Positions 16,532-25,427 of a stretch of 32,373 bases of DNA are shown here, one piece after another (the stretch's first letter is position 1; each line of letters opens with the position of its first letter). Origin of the DNA: a bacterium (lineage in GTDB: Bacteria > Chlamydiota > Chlamydiia > Chlamydiales > JAFEGQ01). Position numbers and translations under genes: made by a program. A model generated the notes under the pieces. The model was not told the origin of the DNA, made no database searches, and saw only the letters and a program-made list of their open reading frames with translations. Location: positions 1-32,373 of the forward strand of contig JAKBAF010000001.1 of the NCBI GenBank assembly GCA_021809305.1, written 5' to 3'.

Positions 16532-16553
16532 CCAGAGGGCTTGTGCCCTCTGG
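16532..16553. other. 9-bp GC-rich hairpin, function unknown
   Basis: CCAGAGGGC-TTGT-GCCCTCTGG, a perfect stem with no adjacent T-run on either strand. Confidence 0.7.
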
Positions 16554-16602
16554 ACTCCCAATATTATCGGAACGTTTTGCCGTAGATCCCCTTTAGTAAT
16601 CA

Positions 16603-16637
16603 CCCTTATCGAAAAGGCGAAGCCTTTTCGATAAGGG
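16603..16637. repeat. Perfect 35-nt palindrome (16-bp stem, GAA loop), function unknown
   Basis: CCCTTATCGAAAAGGC-GAA-GCCTTTTCGATAAGGG, with no T-run on either side. Lies in the convergent intergenic region between the TVP38 gene and the M16 protease gene. Confidence 0.8.
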
Positions 16638-16767
16638 CTATAAGGCACTTACAAAACAAACGCTACGGCTGAAGAAAAACGCAATGGGAGTCGAGAGGGC
16701 CCCAGGGCTTAGTAGGCCTCTCGTGGAGCGTGCAGGGGGGCGAAGCCCTCCTGCCGAAGCCCCCTTG

Positions 16768-19734
16768 CTAGTGGTTGCTTGCGAGGTCGCCAATCTCTTC
16801 GCGAGGAGCGCGGGAGTAGCTGGAGATCTCTTTGAGGCGATTGATGGAGCGAACCCGACTGTAGGCGAGGGTCCTCTCTTTGGGCAGTTTACCGACGGCA
16901 AGGACGGCGAGGCGTTGTCTGTTATTGCGACCGAGGAAGTCGAGGGCTATTGCGGTGAATTCGGAATAGGTGAGCTCTTCTGTTGCTTTAATGCGTTCTT
17001 GGATCCATTTGAAGTTGCCATTTTGAGTGAAGGCGAGGTTGTGGAGGAGGAGGCCCATCTCTATTGGATTTTTGGGGAGCTGTTTGAGCTTGGCGAGGAA
17101 GGAGGTCTTGATGGCATCGAACCTCTCTTCTGGGAAGGTAGCGGTGGGGAGGTCACGGAGGAAATCTTCGAGAAAGAGCTCGAAGCGAGAGAGGAGTTCG
17201 CGTCCATCGTGGGAGGTTGATTCGACACAGAAGTAGGTAAAGAGCTGCTTTTCAAGCTCTTGGTCACCGCTTGCAACGACATAGCCTGTCTGCTGCTTGG
17301 TGCGAAGCTCGGAGAAGAAGGGCTCTTGGAGGCCAGTTGCAAGGATTTGGTGGGCAGCGCGGCGCTTGAGGGTAAAGGGGCCGTGCTGGATGGTGAGGAA
17401 GGCGGCATTTCCTTGGGATTTGATGGCTTTCGAAATAAAGAATGGGCCCTCTTCGTTGGGGAGGGTGACGACCTCAGCGCGCAAGTAGCGACCTTCGGGG
17501 AAGGGTCCGTGTTGGAAGCGCTCGCGAAGCGACCTTTGGACGGCGTGTGCCTTGGTGAGGTTCATGTTGCCAAAGAGAAACCCTTCGATGTAGGTCTCTT
17601 CGCAAAAATCTTTGGCAAACTCATTCAGATCGGTGAGTTCAATGGAGCGCAGGGCGAGCGCCTTATCGGCATTTGAGACGTACTCCTTAAGAAGAATCTC
17701 CTTTGCAAGAGCTGAGGCCTGGAGGACGGGCTCAGATTTGGAGAAGTTCTGGTAGGAGCGCTTCAGAGAGTCGCAATAGCGCAAAAAGGCCTCACGTGCT
17801 GGGGAGGCGGTGCTTATGGCGCTAAGAATCTGGTCGAGGAGGAGCTCTGCTTTGTCGCTGTAGCCACAGACAGCTAAGGTGATGCCGAAGGGGGAGGGCT
17901 TAAGCTCGTAGTGTAGTCCACTCTTTGCCGCCGCGTGGGCAATGGGGTTGAGATGCTCGCTGATGGAGCGAATCCAGAGGTCTAGGAGGACGGCATCTTC
18001 TGGATTACCAGGCCTTAAGGTGGCGCTTTTGATGTTGAAGGTCCAGCTGATTTCTGGGAGGAGGAAGTGCTCATCGCGAGCGAGATAGAGGGTGCCGAAA
18101 CCATCTGATGAGAGCCTCTCTGGCGTGGGGAGGTAAGCGAGAGGTTCGCCGCAATAGAAAATGTCTAGATTGCGAGGAAGGAAGGGGTTTGGCGAGGGAA
18201 TTTTAATTGTCGGATGGGGTTGAGTGGCGGCCCAGCTAACCTGCTGCTCCTTTGCGACGGGCTGGCTGGCATAGCCGACGTGCATCCAGGGCTCTTCTTG
18301 GGTGAAGTGAATACCGGTCTCTGACTCTGGTGCGGTAATGTGAATATGGCAGCTCTCTTGTCTCAGGAGGCTAAGGAGCTCGCCAACGGCTCTCTCATCG
18401 AAGCGGGACGAGAGGAGGCTTTTTTGGGGGAAGGTAGTAAGGGGCTCATTTGTCAGGAGCTCGGTTAAAGTGTAGGCTGCCTGGTAGGCGCTCACGCGTG
18501 TCTGGTACTCGTAAGCGAGCCTGGCCATCTGATTGCGCTCTTCGCGAATATAGGTGGGAATCCCGCTCTCTTTTAGGCTGGCAATGGCTTGAAAAGCGGT
18601 CTTTATCACCCTCTCTTTGGCTTTAAGGCCAGCTGGTGTGAGATCAATATCGAGGGAGAGGAGGAAGGTTGACGAGGTGGGCCTGCGCATGCCGTTGAGG
18701 TCGGCAGTGATCCCATCTGCCAGCCCCTCCCTTTTGAGCTCTTCGAGGAGGCTCCCCTTGCCTTCATCACCAAGCACTGAGGCGATGAGGTTGGCGGCGT
18801 GGGTCTCGAGGTCCTTGGAGTAGTTGTAGGGGAGCTCCCATAGGAGGGAGAGGCGGCGTACATCTTGGTGGGGCTGTATGTAGAGGATCTTTCCAAGAGT
18901 TGCACTTGAGAGCAAGGGGCCACCTGCACTAAAGGGGGTGAATCCGCGATTCGGAATCGCCTCAAACTCTTGGCAGACGAGTGCTTCGATCTCATCTAGG
19001 GGGAGCGGGGAGACGATTGCCAGATGCATGAGGTTAGAGCTGTAGTGGCTCTCGAACCAGGCGCGCTCCTCTTCGTGGGAGATCCCTTGAAGGGTTTCGA
19101 GGTTACCCGCTGAGAAGCGTGCGAAGGGGTGGCTTGGATCGGCGCACGCCTTGATGACCATCACCTCTCGCCATCCGTTATTTTCTGCAGCTCTTGAACA
19201 CTCTTTATCCACGGCGCACATCTCACGGGCCATGCTTCCCTCACTGAGAAGGGGATCGATAAAGAAGTGGGAAAAGCGGCAAAGAGCCTCTTTAAAATGA
19301 TCATTCTGGATGGAGAAGATATAGGCGGTTCGCTCATCGGCTGTGTAGGCGTTGGTCTTGCCACCATGATCATCCACAAAGCGGTGGAAGCCCTCCTCTT
19401 GTGGATAGGTCGCGTTGCCAAGAAAGAGCATGTGTTCGGTGAAATGGGCGATGCCGGGGCGAGAGGGGCTATCTTGCCAGCTGCCGACATCGATGACGAG
19501 GGCTGCTGCAGACTCATCGGCTAGGGGGCTAGAGATGAGATAGGCCTCAAGGCCGTTATCGAGGCGCAGCTTGCGTATCTTTTGCTCAGCAAGTGCAGGA
19601 GTGCGGATCTGAAGCTTACAGAGATCAGGAATAATCTCTGCTGCAGCAAGATCTGCTTGCAAGGAGAGTAAGGGGAGTAGTGCGACTGAGGTAGTAGCGG
19701 CGATCTTTTTCCAATCTGTCCTTTTCCAACCCAT
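16768..19734 (-). CDS. M16-family (insulinase/pitrilysin-like) zinc metalloprotease, exported
   Basis: Inverted zinc motif HFTEH (GIAHFTEHMLFLG). I place the start at ATG 19734 (MGWKRTDWKKIAATTSVALLPLLSLQADLAAAE, signal-peptide-like), giving 989 aa. The extension to 19872 in the ORF track would overlap the 3' end of the upstream GPAT gene. Confidence 0.88.
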   Translation of the reverse strand: MGWKRTDWKKIAATTSVALLPLLSLQADLAAAEIIPDLCKLQIRTPALAEQKIRKLRLDNGLEAYLISSPLADESAAALVIDVGSWQDSPSRPGIAHFTEHMLFLGNATYPQEEGFHRFVDDHGGKTNAYTADERTAYIFSIQNDHFKEALCRFSHFFIDPLLSEGSMAREMCAVDKECSRAAENNGWREVMVIKACADPSHPFARFSAGNLETLQGISHEEERAWFESHYSSNLMHLAIVSPLPLDEIEALVCQEFEAIPNRGFTPFSAGGPLLSSATLGKILYIQPHQDVRRLSLLWELPYNYSKDLETHAANLIASVLGDEGKGSLLEELKREGLADGITADLNGMRRPTSSTFLLSLDIDLTPAGLKAKERVIKTAFQAIASLKESGIPTYIREERNQMARLAYEYQTRVSAYQAAYTLTELLTNEPLTTFPQKSLLSSRFDERAVGELLSLLRQESCHIHITAPESETGIHFTQEEPWMHVGYASQPVAKEQQVSWAATQPHPTIKIPSPNPFLPRNLDIFYCGEPLAYLPTPERLSSDGFGTLYLARDEHFLLPEISWTFNIKSATLRPGNPEDAVLLDLWIRSISEHLNPIAHAAAKSGLHYELKPSPFGITLAVCGYSDKAELLLDQILSAISTASPAREAFLRYCDSLKRSYQNFSKSEPVLQASALAKEILLKEYVSNADKALALRSIELTDLNEFAKDFCEETYIEGFLFGNMNLTKAHAVQRSLRERFQHGPFPEGRYLRAEVVTLPNEEGPFFISKAIKSQGNAAFLTIQHGPFTLKRRAAHQILATGLQEPFFSELRTKQQTGYVVASGDQELEKQLFTYFCVESTSHDGRELLSRFELFLEDFLRDLPTATFPEERFDAIKTSFLAKLKQLPKNPIEMGLLLHNLAFTQNGNFKWIQERIKATEELTYSEFTAIALDFLGRNNRQRLAVLAVGKLPKERTLAYSRVRSINRLKEISSYSRAPREEIGDLASNH

Positions 19735-19777
19735 GAACTTCACCCTATTTTGATAGATTTTGACCCTCGCTGGCTCA

Positions 19778-20785
19778 CTACCCCTGTTTGGGGAGCTTTT
19801 CATAGAGAGCGTTGACAAGTGACCAGGCGTACTCTGCGAGTGCTGCGCGACGCTTGTGTTTGTCTCTCTCATCCGATCCTGGGAAGTGGTCCATCTCTAT
19901 CTCCTTACCAAAGGCGATGTGGACCCCTCCTCCCTTTGTGTAGCGCGCCTCACCAAGCTCTTTTGCAAGCGAATCGGGCGGTGGTAGGATGTTGTAGGAG
20001 GCGAGGGCTAGTGGGTAAAAGCGGCAGGGCTTCCCGGAGCGTAGCGCCATTAGCCTAAACATCTCAATGCTTTGCGGATCAAAGGGGGCGACAGGCACTC
20101 CACCTTGTCCATCTGGCCGATCCCTTCCACCACTTGGCGCCACATAAATTGCCCGGCCTCCCTCAGCTAGCAGCTGCGCCATGCGCATCATCGTCCGTCT
20201 GTTGTGGGCCTGCTTCTCTTCTCGGCGCTCTGGCTGCACATCCATATAACGTTTTGAGTAGATGCAAAGCAAGTTTCGTCCCATGCTAAGCGGTGTTGCC
20301 ATGGGATCTGTAATCACCCGCTCGCCTGCTACAAAGATGAGCTCTCGAGCGAAATCAGGATAGCTCCCCTCAAGGAGAATGCTCATAATTTGAGGGTCGA
20401 CCTCCGTCTGGTGGTTGGCGAGGAGGACGATGTTCTCGCCCGCTTTGAGGTGAGCGCACATCTCAGCGACGTACTGTTGATTGCGAGCGGTTGAGGCCTT
20501 TCTATCGACAATACCCGAGATGAGGTCGATGCCAAATTGGTAGTAGTTGAAGGGGGAGGTGATGTGGGTGTGATAGAGCTCAAAATGGTAGGGATCCCTG
20601 CACTGCTCCACAACAAGCGCAAGAAAGGTTGAGAAAAGCTCTTGAATTTCCTCAAGGCCAAGCCCGAGCGATGCGCGCGTCTCAGTAAAGCTATTAAAAA
20701 ATTGCTTCATAAGCAGAGCGTACTTCGGTGGGAGCGTTCCTTGCGCTTCCTCGAGCTCGATTTGCCGTGTGATATTCATTCGCAC
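19778..20785 (-). CDS. plsB: Glycerol-3-phosphate acyltransferase, soluble plant/chlamydial (ATS1-like) type
   Basis: 335 aa. Acyltransferase HX4D block in the plant-GPAT context (VLLANHQTEVDPQIM), then FVAGERV, YVAPSGGRDRPD. Alternative start at ATG 20779. Confidence 0.85.
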   Translation of the reverse strand: MRMNITRQIELEEAQGTLPPKYALLMKQFFNSFTETRASLGLGLEEIQELFSTFLALVVEQCRDPYHFELYHTHITSPFNYYQFGIDLISGIVDRKASTARNQQYVAEMCAHLKAGENIVLLANHQTEVDPQIMSILLEGSYPDFARELIFVAGERVITDPMATPLSMGRNLLCIYSKRYMDVQPERREEKQAHNRRTMMRMAQLLAEGGRAIYVAPSGGRDRPDGQGGVPVAPFDPQSIEMFRLMALRSGKPCRFYPLALASYNILPPPDSLAKELGEARYTKGGGVHIAFGKEIEMDHFPGSDERDKHKRRAALAEYAWSLVNALYEKLPKQG

Positions 20786-20854
20786 CTTTTCTCATTAACG
20801 AAGGGTTGTGCCACATCGTCTTGCGATCGACTCGCCCTCTAAAACGCAAGTGAT

Positions 20855-22399
20855 CTAAACTTCGACCTGTTTTTCAGTGATTGTGGAGAAGAAGAGGAAC
20901 TGATTAATGTGAAGGCCGTCATTTGTGCTAAATTCAATGTGACCATCGAGACTTTCGGCAAGAGAGCGTAAAAACTTCTTGTCTCCACGGTTAAGGTACT
21001 GGTCGAGCTCGGGGTGGCAGACAAGTTGCAGCCCAAACTGACTGTGTAGCTGGATCGCTCGCTTGAGCGCACGCTCGATGTCAATTGAGACGCTCTCGTG
21101 GGTCTTGATGAGGCCACTGCCAGTACAGTAGGGACAGGCGGCAAAGAGCGTTTGAGCCAGTGATTCACGACTTCTCTGGCGGGTCATTTCAACAAGCCCA
21201 AAGTCGCTCATCCCAAGAATCGTGCACTTTGCCGAATCATCCTTCATGCACTCTTTGAGCCGATCGAGCACCCGTCGCCGATTCTTGCGTGAGCGCATGT
21301 CGATAAAGTCACAGATGATAAGGCCGCCGATGTTGCGCAGGCGAAGCTGTCTTGAGATCTCAACTGTCGCATCGAGGTTGATCTGCACAAGAGCCTCTTC
21401 GACATTCGTCTGCTTATCCCCTGGAGCGCTTCTACCAGAGTTAACATCGATTGTGCACATGGCTTCTGTCTGATCGAAAAAGAGATAACCGCCACCTGGC
21501 AGCCAGATTTTATGCTTGAGCGCCTTATCAATCTCTTTCTCGACATTAAACCTCTCGAGCATCGGAATCTTATCGCGATAGAACTCAATGCGCAGAGCGT
21601 GCTCTGAGGCGTACTTCTCATAGATTCGCCGGCACCTCTGGAAGGTCGCGTAGTCGTCAACAAGGATCCGGGCGAACTTTTTATTGACAGCTGTCACCAC
21701 CATCCGCTTAACAAGATCGGACTCCTCATAGAGGAGGGTGGGCCCTGACGCCGTTTGGAACCCTTCCATTAACGCTTGCCACGTCTTAAGAAGCTCGCTC
21801 GCCTCCTCGACGAGGACCTCAGTTCCGGCATCGCGGCTTGCCGTCCGACAGATAAGCCCCATCTCTTGTGGCATTTCGAAGGAGCGAATAAGCCGCTTTA
21901 ACCGCTCACGAGCAGCTCGATCTTCGATCTTGCGCGAGACGCCGTAATGAGGAGAGTTAGGAAGGAGGACAAGGTAGCGGCCGGGGAGTGATATTTTAGA
22001 GGTTAGCCGTGCCCCTTTTGAACCAATCGCCTCTTTGACAACCTGCACGAGGACCGACTGGTCGATCTTGAGCAGCTGCTCAATATCGAGATCTTTCTTT
22101 GGAGCGGTATCGACAGCGCGGATGTCGTAGTCGAGGTCGAAGTCCATATCAAACATCTCTTCGAACTTCTTTGTGTTTTCGAGGATGTCTGAGATGTGGA
22201 TGAAGCCATTCTCACCCTCATTGATGTCAATGAAGGCCGATTGGATGTTGTGCAAAATATTTGTGACGCGTCCTTTATAGACATTACCAGTTGTCTGGCG
22301 CGCTTTCTTACGTTCGATAATCAGGTCGTAGAGCTGGCCATGGCGTAGGTGGGCGCAGCGAATCTCTTTTGACTCAACGTTTAGTAAGAGCTCTTCCAT
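20855..22399 (-). CDS. rng: Ribonuclease G/E family endoribonuclease
   Basis: 514 aa. N-terminal S1 domain (GNVYKGRVTNILHNIQSAFIDINEGENGFIHISD), DNase-I-like and Zn-link regions (IDVNSGR, CPYCTGSG). AGGAG upstream of the ATG. Confidence 0.9.
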   Translation of the reverse strand: MEELLLNVESKEIRCAHLRHGQLYDLIIERKKARQTTGNVYKGRVTNILHNIQSAFIDINEGENGFIHISDILENTKKFEEMFDMDFDLDYDIRAVDTAPKKDLDIEQLLKIDQSVLVQVVKEAIGSKGARLTSKISLPGRYLVLLPNSPHYGVSRKIEDRAARERLKRLIRSFEMPQEMGLICRTASRDAGTEVLVEEASELLKTWQALMEGFQTASGPTLLYEESDLVKRMVVTAVNKKFARILVDDYATFQRCRRIYEKYASEHALRIEFYRDKIPMLERFNVEKEIDKALKHKIWLPGGGYLFFDQTEAMCTIDVNSGRSAPGDKQTNVEEALVQINLDATVEISRQLRLRNIGGLIICDFIDMRSRKNRRRVLDRLKECMKDDSAKCTILGMSDFGLVEMTRQRSRESLAQTLFAACPYCTGSGLIKTHESVSIDIERALKRAIQLHSQFGLQLVCHPELDQYLNRGDKKFLRSLAESLDGHIEFSTNDGLHINQFLFFSTITEKQVEV

Positions 22400-22463
22400 T
22401 GTGCTCCTGATGGCGGTGCTTTCATCGTGGATACTTTAAGTGGAGCACCTTTTTAAGCTGATC

Positions 22464-22492
22464 AGCATACCTCAAACGCCACAACCTGACAA
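22464..22492 (-). promoter_or_regulatory. Candidate sigma70/66-type promoter for rng
   Basis: On the minus strand: TTGTCA (22492-22487), 17 nt, TATGCT (22469-22464). About 60 nt upstream of the ATG. Confidence 0.35.
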
Positions 22493-22520
22493 GGAACAAG
22501 ACCCACGCTTTATTTCCCGG

Positions 22521-22549
22521 TTGAAAAGAGCCGCGCTTCCGGCTATACT
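22521..22549 (+). promoter_or_regulatory. Candidate sigma70/66-type promoter for the DUF177-rpmF-plsX operon
   Basis: TTGAAA (22521-22526), 17 nt, TATACT (22544-22549). AAGGA 9 nt upstream of GTG 22577. Confidence 0.45.
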
Positions 22550-22576
22550 TCCTCTGACTTGTAAGGATCTCCGATT

Positions 22577-23035
22577 GTGACGACCGATACTCTCACCCTC
22601 TATATTGACCGCCTGAGAGCTGATGGAAGCGAGGAGATCGAGGTAACCCTTTCCCCTGAGTTTCTAGACACAGGAGAGAGAGAGCTTCGCTTCGCCTCGC
22701 CCGTCCATGCCGAGCTCGAAGCCTACCTTGCTGATGAGACCCTTGTGATCCGCCTCTCTGCTGAGGCGGAGGCGCTGATCCCGTGTAAGATCTGCAACAA
22801 CGAGACCTCTGTCCCGATTGTGCTATCCGATCTCTACACAACGGTTAGCTTCGAGGAGATCCACGGAGGCCTCTACCACTGCCTCCCCCTCTTAAGGGAG
22901 CTTATCCTGCTAGAGGTGCCGGCCTTTGTTGAGTGCAATGAGGGGCTGTGCCCGAGTCGTGAAGAGATAAAACAGTATTTGAAGAAGGAAGGGGATCGGA
23001 AAGCAGAGTCCCAGCAGCCTTTTAAAGATCTCTAA
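22577..23035 (+). CDS. yceD: DUF177 (YceD-like) protein
   Basis: 152 aa, acidic, with paired Cys motifs (CKIC..., C..GLC). Sits in the conserved position immediately upstream of rpmF-plsX. Confidence 0.75.
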   Translation: MTTDTLTLYIDRLRADGSEEIEVTLSPEFLDTGERELRFASPVHAELEAYLADETLVIRLSAEAEALIPCKICNNETSVPIVLSDLYTTVSFEEIHGGLYHCLPLLRELILLEVPAFVECNEGLCPSREEIKQYLKKEGDRKAESQQPFKDL

Positions 23036-23081
23036 AGAAAAAGTTCCTTTAATCAGTTGATGTTAACAGGAGACAAGTGCC

Positions 23082-23270
23082 ATGGCCGTCCCAAGAAATC
23101 GCCACTCTAATGCCCGCAAGAACTCCAAGCATGCTCACTCTGCCCTTAAGGCTAAGTCAATCTCTGGGTGCCGAGCCTGTCATGCGCCGAAACAGCCTCA
23201 TAGGGTTTGCCCTAGCTGTGGCCACTACCAGGGGCGCGATGTTCTAATGCTCCAGAGGGATGAGCAGTAG
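23082..23270 (+). CDS. rpmF: 50S ribosomal protein L32
   Basis: 62 aa, MAVPRNRHSNARKNSKHAH..., with CxxC...CxxC (CRAC, CPSC). Confidence 0.93.
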   Translation: MAVPRNRHSNARKNSKHAHSALKAKSISGCRACHAPKQPHRVCPSCGHYQGRDVLMLQRDEQ

Positions 23271-24258
23271 GTCGATCTCCTTGCGTATCGGTATCGATCT
23301 CATGGGCAGCGATAGCCCTCCCTCTCGTCTTCTCGAGGCTGCAGAGCTTGCGGCAGAGGAGCTTCAGGGCAGAGCCTCGCTCGTTGCGCTTGCCAGCCAT
23401 GAGGCGCTAAGGGACCTCCCGAAAGAGTGCGGGATTGAACTCTTCCCTACAGAGGAGGAGATCACCATGGATGATCTTCCGCTTGTGGCGATCCGCCGCA
23501 AACGCCTCTCCTCGCTTGTGTGGGGCATGCGCCTCCTTAAATCGAAGGAGCTAGATGGCTTTGTCTCAGCCGGCAATACGGGCGCTCTCATTGCAGCTGC
23601 AGCCCTTCTTCTCCCTGCGCTCCCCACGATCAGCCGCCCAGCCCTTCTAGCCACACTCCCCACACTCCATGGCAACGTTGCCGTCATTGACATCGGGGGC
23701 AATGTCTCATGTAAGCCCTCTCACCTTCTCCAATTCGCCCGTATGGGTGCTGCCTATAAACGGTGCGTTGATGGCATCACAGCGCCGCGTGTCGGTCTTC
23801 TCAATATCGGTACGGAATCTCAAAAAGGCACAAGCGGTGTTCGCGAAGCATATGACGCTCTGCTGCTCGAAAAAAATCCTCACTTCACCTTCATTGGCAA
23901 TATCGAGGGGCGTGAGGCCTTCTCAGGCGTGGTGGATGTTCTTGTCTGCGATGGCTTTTCTGGGAATGTCTTTCTCAAAACCGCCGAAGGGATCTCCTCA
24001 TTCATCTTAAGCCACCTCGACGAGGCCCTCGGTCCTAGGACCTCCCCAGAGGTAGAGGCGGCTCTCAGCAGCCTTGCGCGCCGCGTCAACTACGCCGAAT
24101 ATCCCGGTGCTATTATCTGCGGTGTCGAGGGTGTCGTCATCAAATGCCACGGCTTCTCATCCACACAAGCCATGTGCAACGGCATCAAAGGCGCATGCAA
24201 TCTCATCGAAAATGCTCTTATCCAAAATCTTAAGGCCGCGCTTACCGCTACTCTTTAA
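23260..24258 (+). CDS. plsX: Phosphate acyltransferase PlsX
   Basis: 332 aa with IGIDLMGSD, FVSAGNTGA, NIGTE and GNIEG motifs. ATG 23260 overlaps rpmF by 11 nt. An alternative TTG 23281 would avoid the overlap. Confidence 0.9.
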   Translation: MSSRSISLRIGIDLMGSDSPPSRLLEAAELAAEELQGRASLVALASHEALRDLPKECGIELFPTEEEITMDDLPLVAIRRKRLSSLVWGMRLLKSKELDGFVSAGNTGALIAAAALLLPALPTISRPALLATLPTLHGNVAVIDIGGNVSCKPSHLLQFARMGAAYKRCVDGITAPRVGLLNIGTESQKGTSGVREAYDALLLEKNPHFTFIGNIEGREAFSGVVDVLVCDGFSGNVFLKTAEGISSFILSHLDEALGPRTSPEVEAALSSLARRVNYAEYPGAIICGVEGVVIKCHGFSSTQAMCNGIKGACNLIENALIQNLKAALTATL

Positions 24259-25427
24259 AGAAGCTCGAGTATTGCAAGGGCTGCCGCTTGCGATGGCGAA
24301 AATTCGGAGTGCAGGAGTTGCTGGACATGGCGGCAGCCGGCGCAGGCCAGGTCGCGCTCACGGCTCTCGTGTAGGAGCGGCAGGAGGGCTTTCGCCGCAA
24401 CTCTTGGATGGAAGTTTTGGTGAATGAGTTCGGGGAAGAGGGTGGACCCTGCGATGATGTTCGGGAGGGAGTAGTGGGGCAGATTGATGCGAAAGAGATA
24501 TCTCGCAAGGAGAGCATTGACGGTCGAGAGCCTGTAGACGACAACCGAGGGGATATTGAGTAGGGCAAGCTCGAGATTGACGGTTCCACATTTGGCAAGG
24601 GCAGCCTTTGAGGCGCGCATCAGGTGGCGGGTATCGGCTGTATGGACAAGGTGGAGGCTGCCCTGAAGGAGAGGAGAGGTGCGGCTTAAGGCTGACCGAA
24701 TCTGAGGCAGTAGGTTGTCGCTTGCGATGGAGAGGCCAAACTGCAGCTCCGGCATAGCCTCTTTCAGCAGAGCCGCTGTTTTTAGTTGGGGTAGGAGGAT
24801 GCGCTCGATCTCGCTTTTGCGACTGCCGGGAAAGAGGCTGCAGATGGGGGAGCCTGGTCTAAAGCCAGCGGCATCTCGCCATGAGGGGTCGTGGGGAGAG
24901 AGTGCAAGTGATTGTGCAAGGGGATTTCCAACATATCTAGCGGGTACGTTGTGAGGGGCAAAGAAGGGGGGTTCGAAGGGAAAGATGCAGAGGAGGAGGT
25001 CAAGTGTAGAACGGAGCGTTTTGATCCGCCCCTCCCCCCAAGCCCAGACTTTGGGAGAGATGTAGTAGGCGATTTTGCCCTTGTAGCCGCGCTTGCGAAG
25101 GGCTTTGGCAAGGCGGAGGTTTAGACCTGGATAGTCGATTAGGATGCAGAGGGGCGGATTTCGCTTTAGGATATGCGCAAGAAGGGTCTGAAATTGGCGG
25201 TAGATCTTTCTAAATGAGGTAAGGACCGCTGTGAAGCCAAAGAGTTGAAACTGCTCCATAGGGAGGAGGAGCTCAAGGCCCGCCTCCTGCAGCTTCATTC
25301 CGCCGACGCCAAAGAAATGGAGGCTAGGCTCCTCTGCTAGAAGGGCACATACAAGGTGGGCACCAAGCAGGTCACCACTTGGCTCACCTGCAAAGATAAA
25401 GGCCTCTTTAGCTACAGGCGTTGTCAT
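24255..25427 (-). CDS. lpxB: Lipid-A-disaccharide synthase
   Basis: 390 aa with the N-terminal IFAGEPSGDLLGAHL that is typical of LpxB. Its stop shares the TTAA tetranucleotide with the plsX stop (convergent 4-nt overlap). Confidence 0.88.
   Translation of the reverse strand: MTTPVAKEAFIFAGEPSGDLLGAHLVCALLAEEPSLHFFGVGGMKLQEAGLELLLPMEQFQLFGFTAVLTSFRKIYRQFQTLLAHILKRNPPLCILIDYPGLNLRLAKALRKRGYKGKIAYYISPKVWAWGEGRIKTLRSTLDLLLCIFPFEPPFFAPHNVPARYVGNPLAQSLALSPHDPSWRDAAGFRPGSPICSLFPGSRKSEIERILLPQLKTAALLKEAMPELQFGLSIASDNLLPQIRSALSRTSPLLQGSLHLVHTADTRHLMRASKAALAKCGTVNLELALLNIPSVVVYRLSTVNALLARYLFRINLPHYSLPNIIAGSTLFPELIHQNFHPRVAAKALLPLLHESRERDLACAGCRHVQQLLHSEFSPSQAAALAILELL

Noticed and set aside
19735-19872. 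N-terminal 46-aa extension of the M16 protease ORF (ORF-track start 19872).
   Set aside because: The extension overlaps the 3' end of the upstream GPAT gene. The internal ATG 19734 starts a typical signal peptide and leaves a sensible 43-nt intergenic gap.
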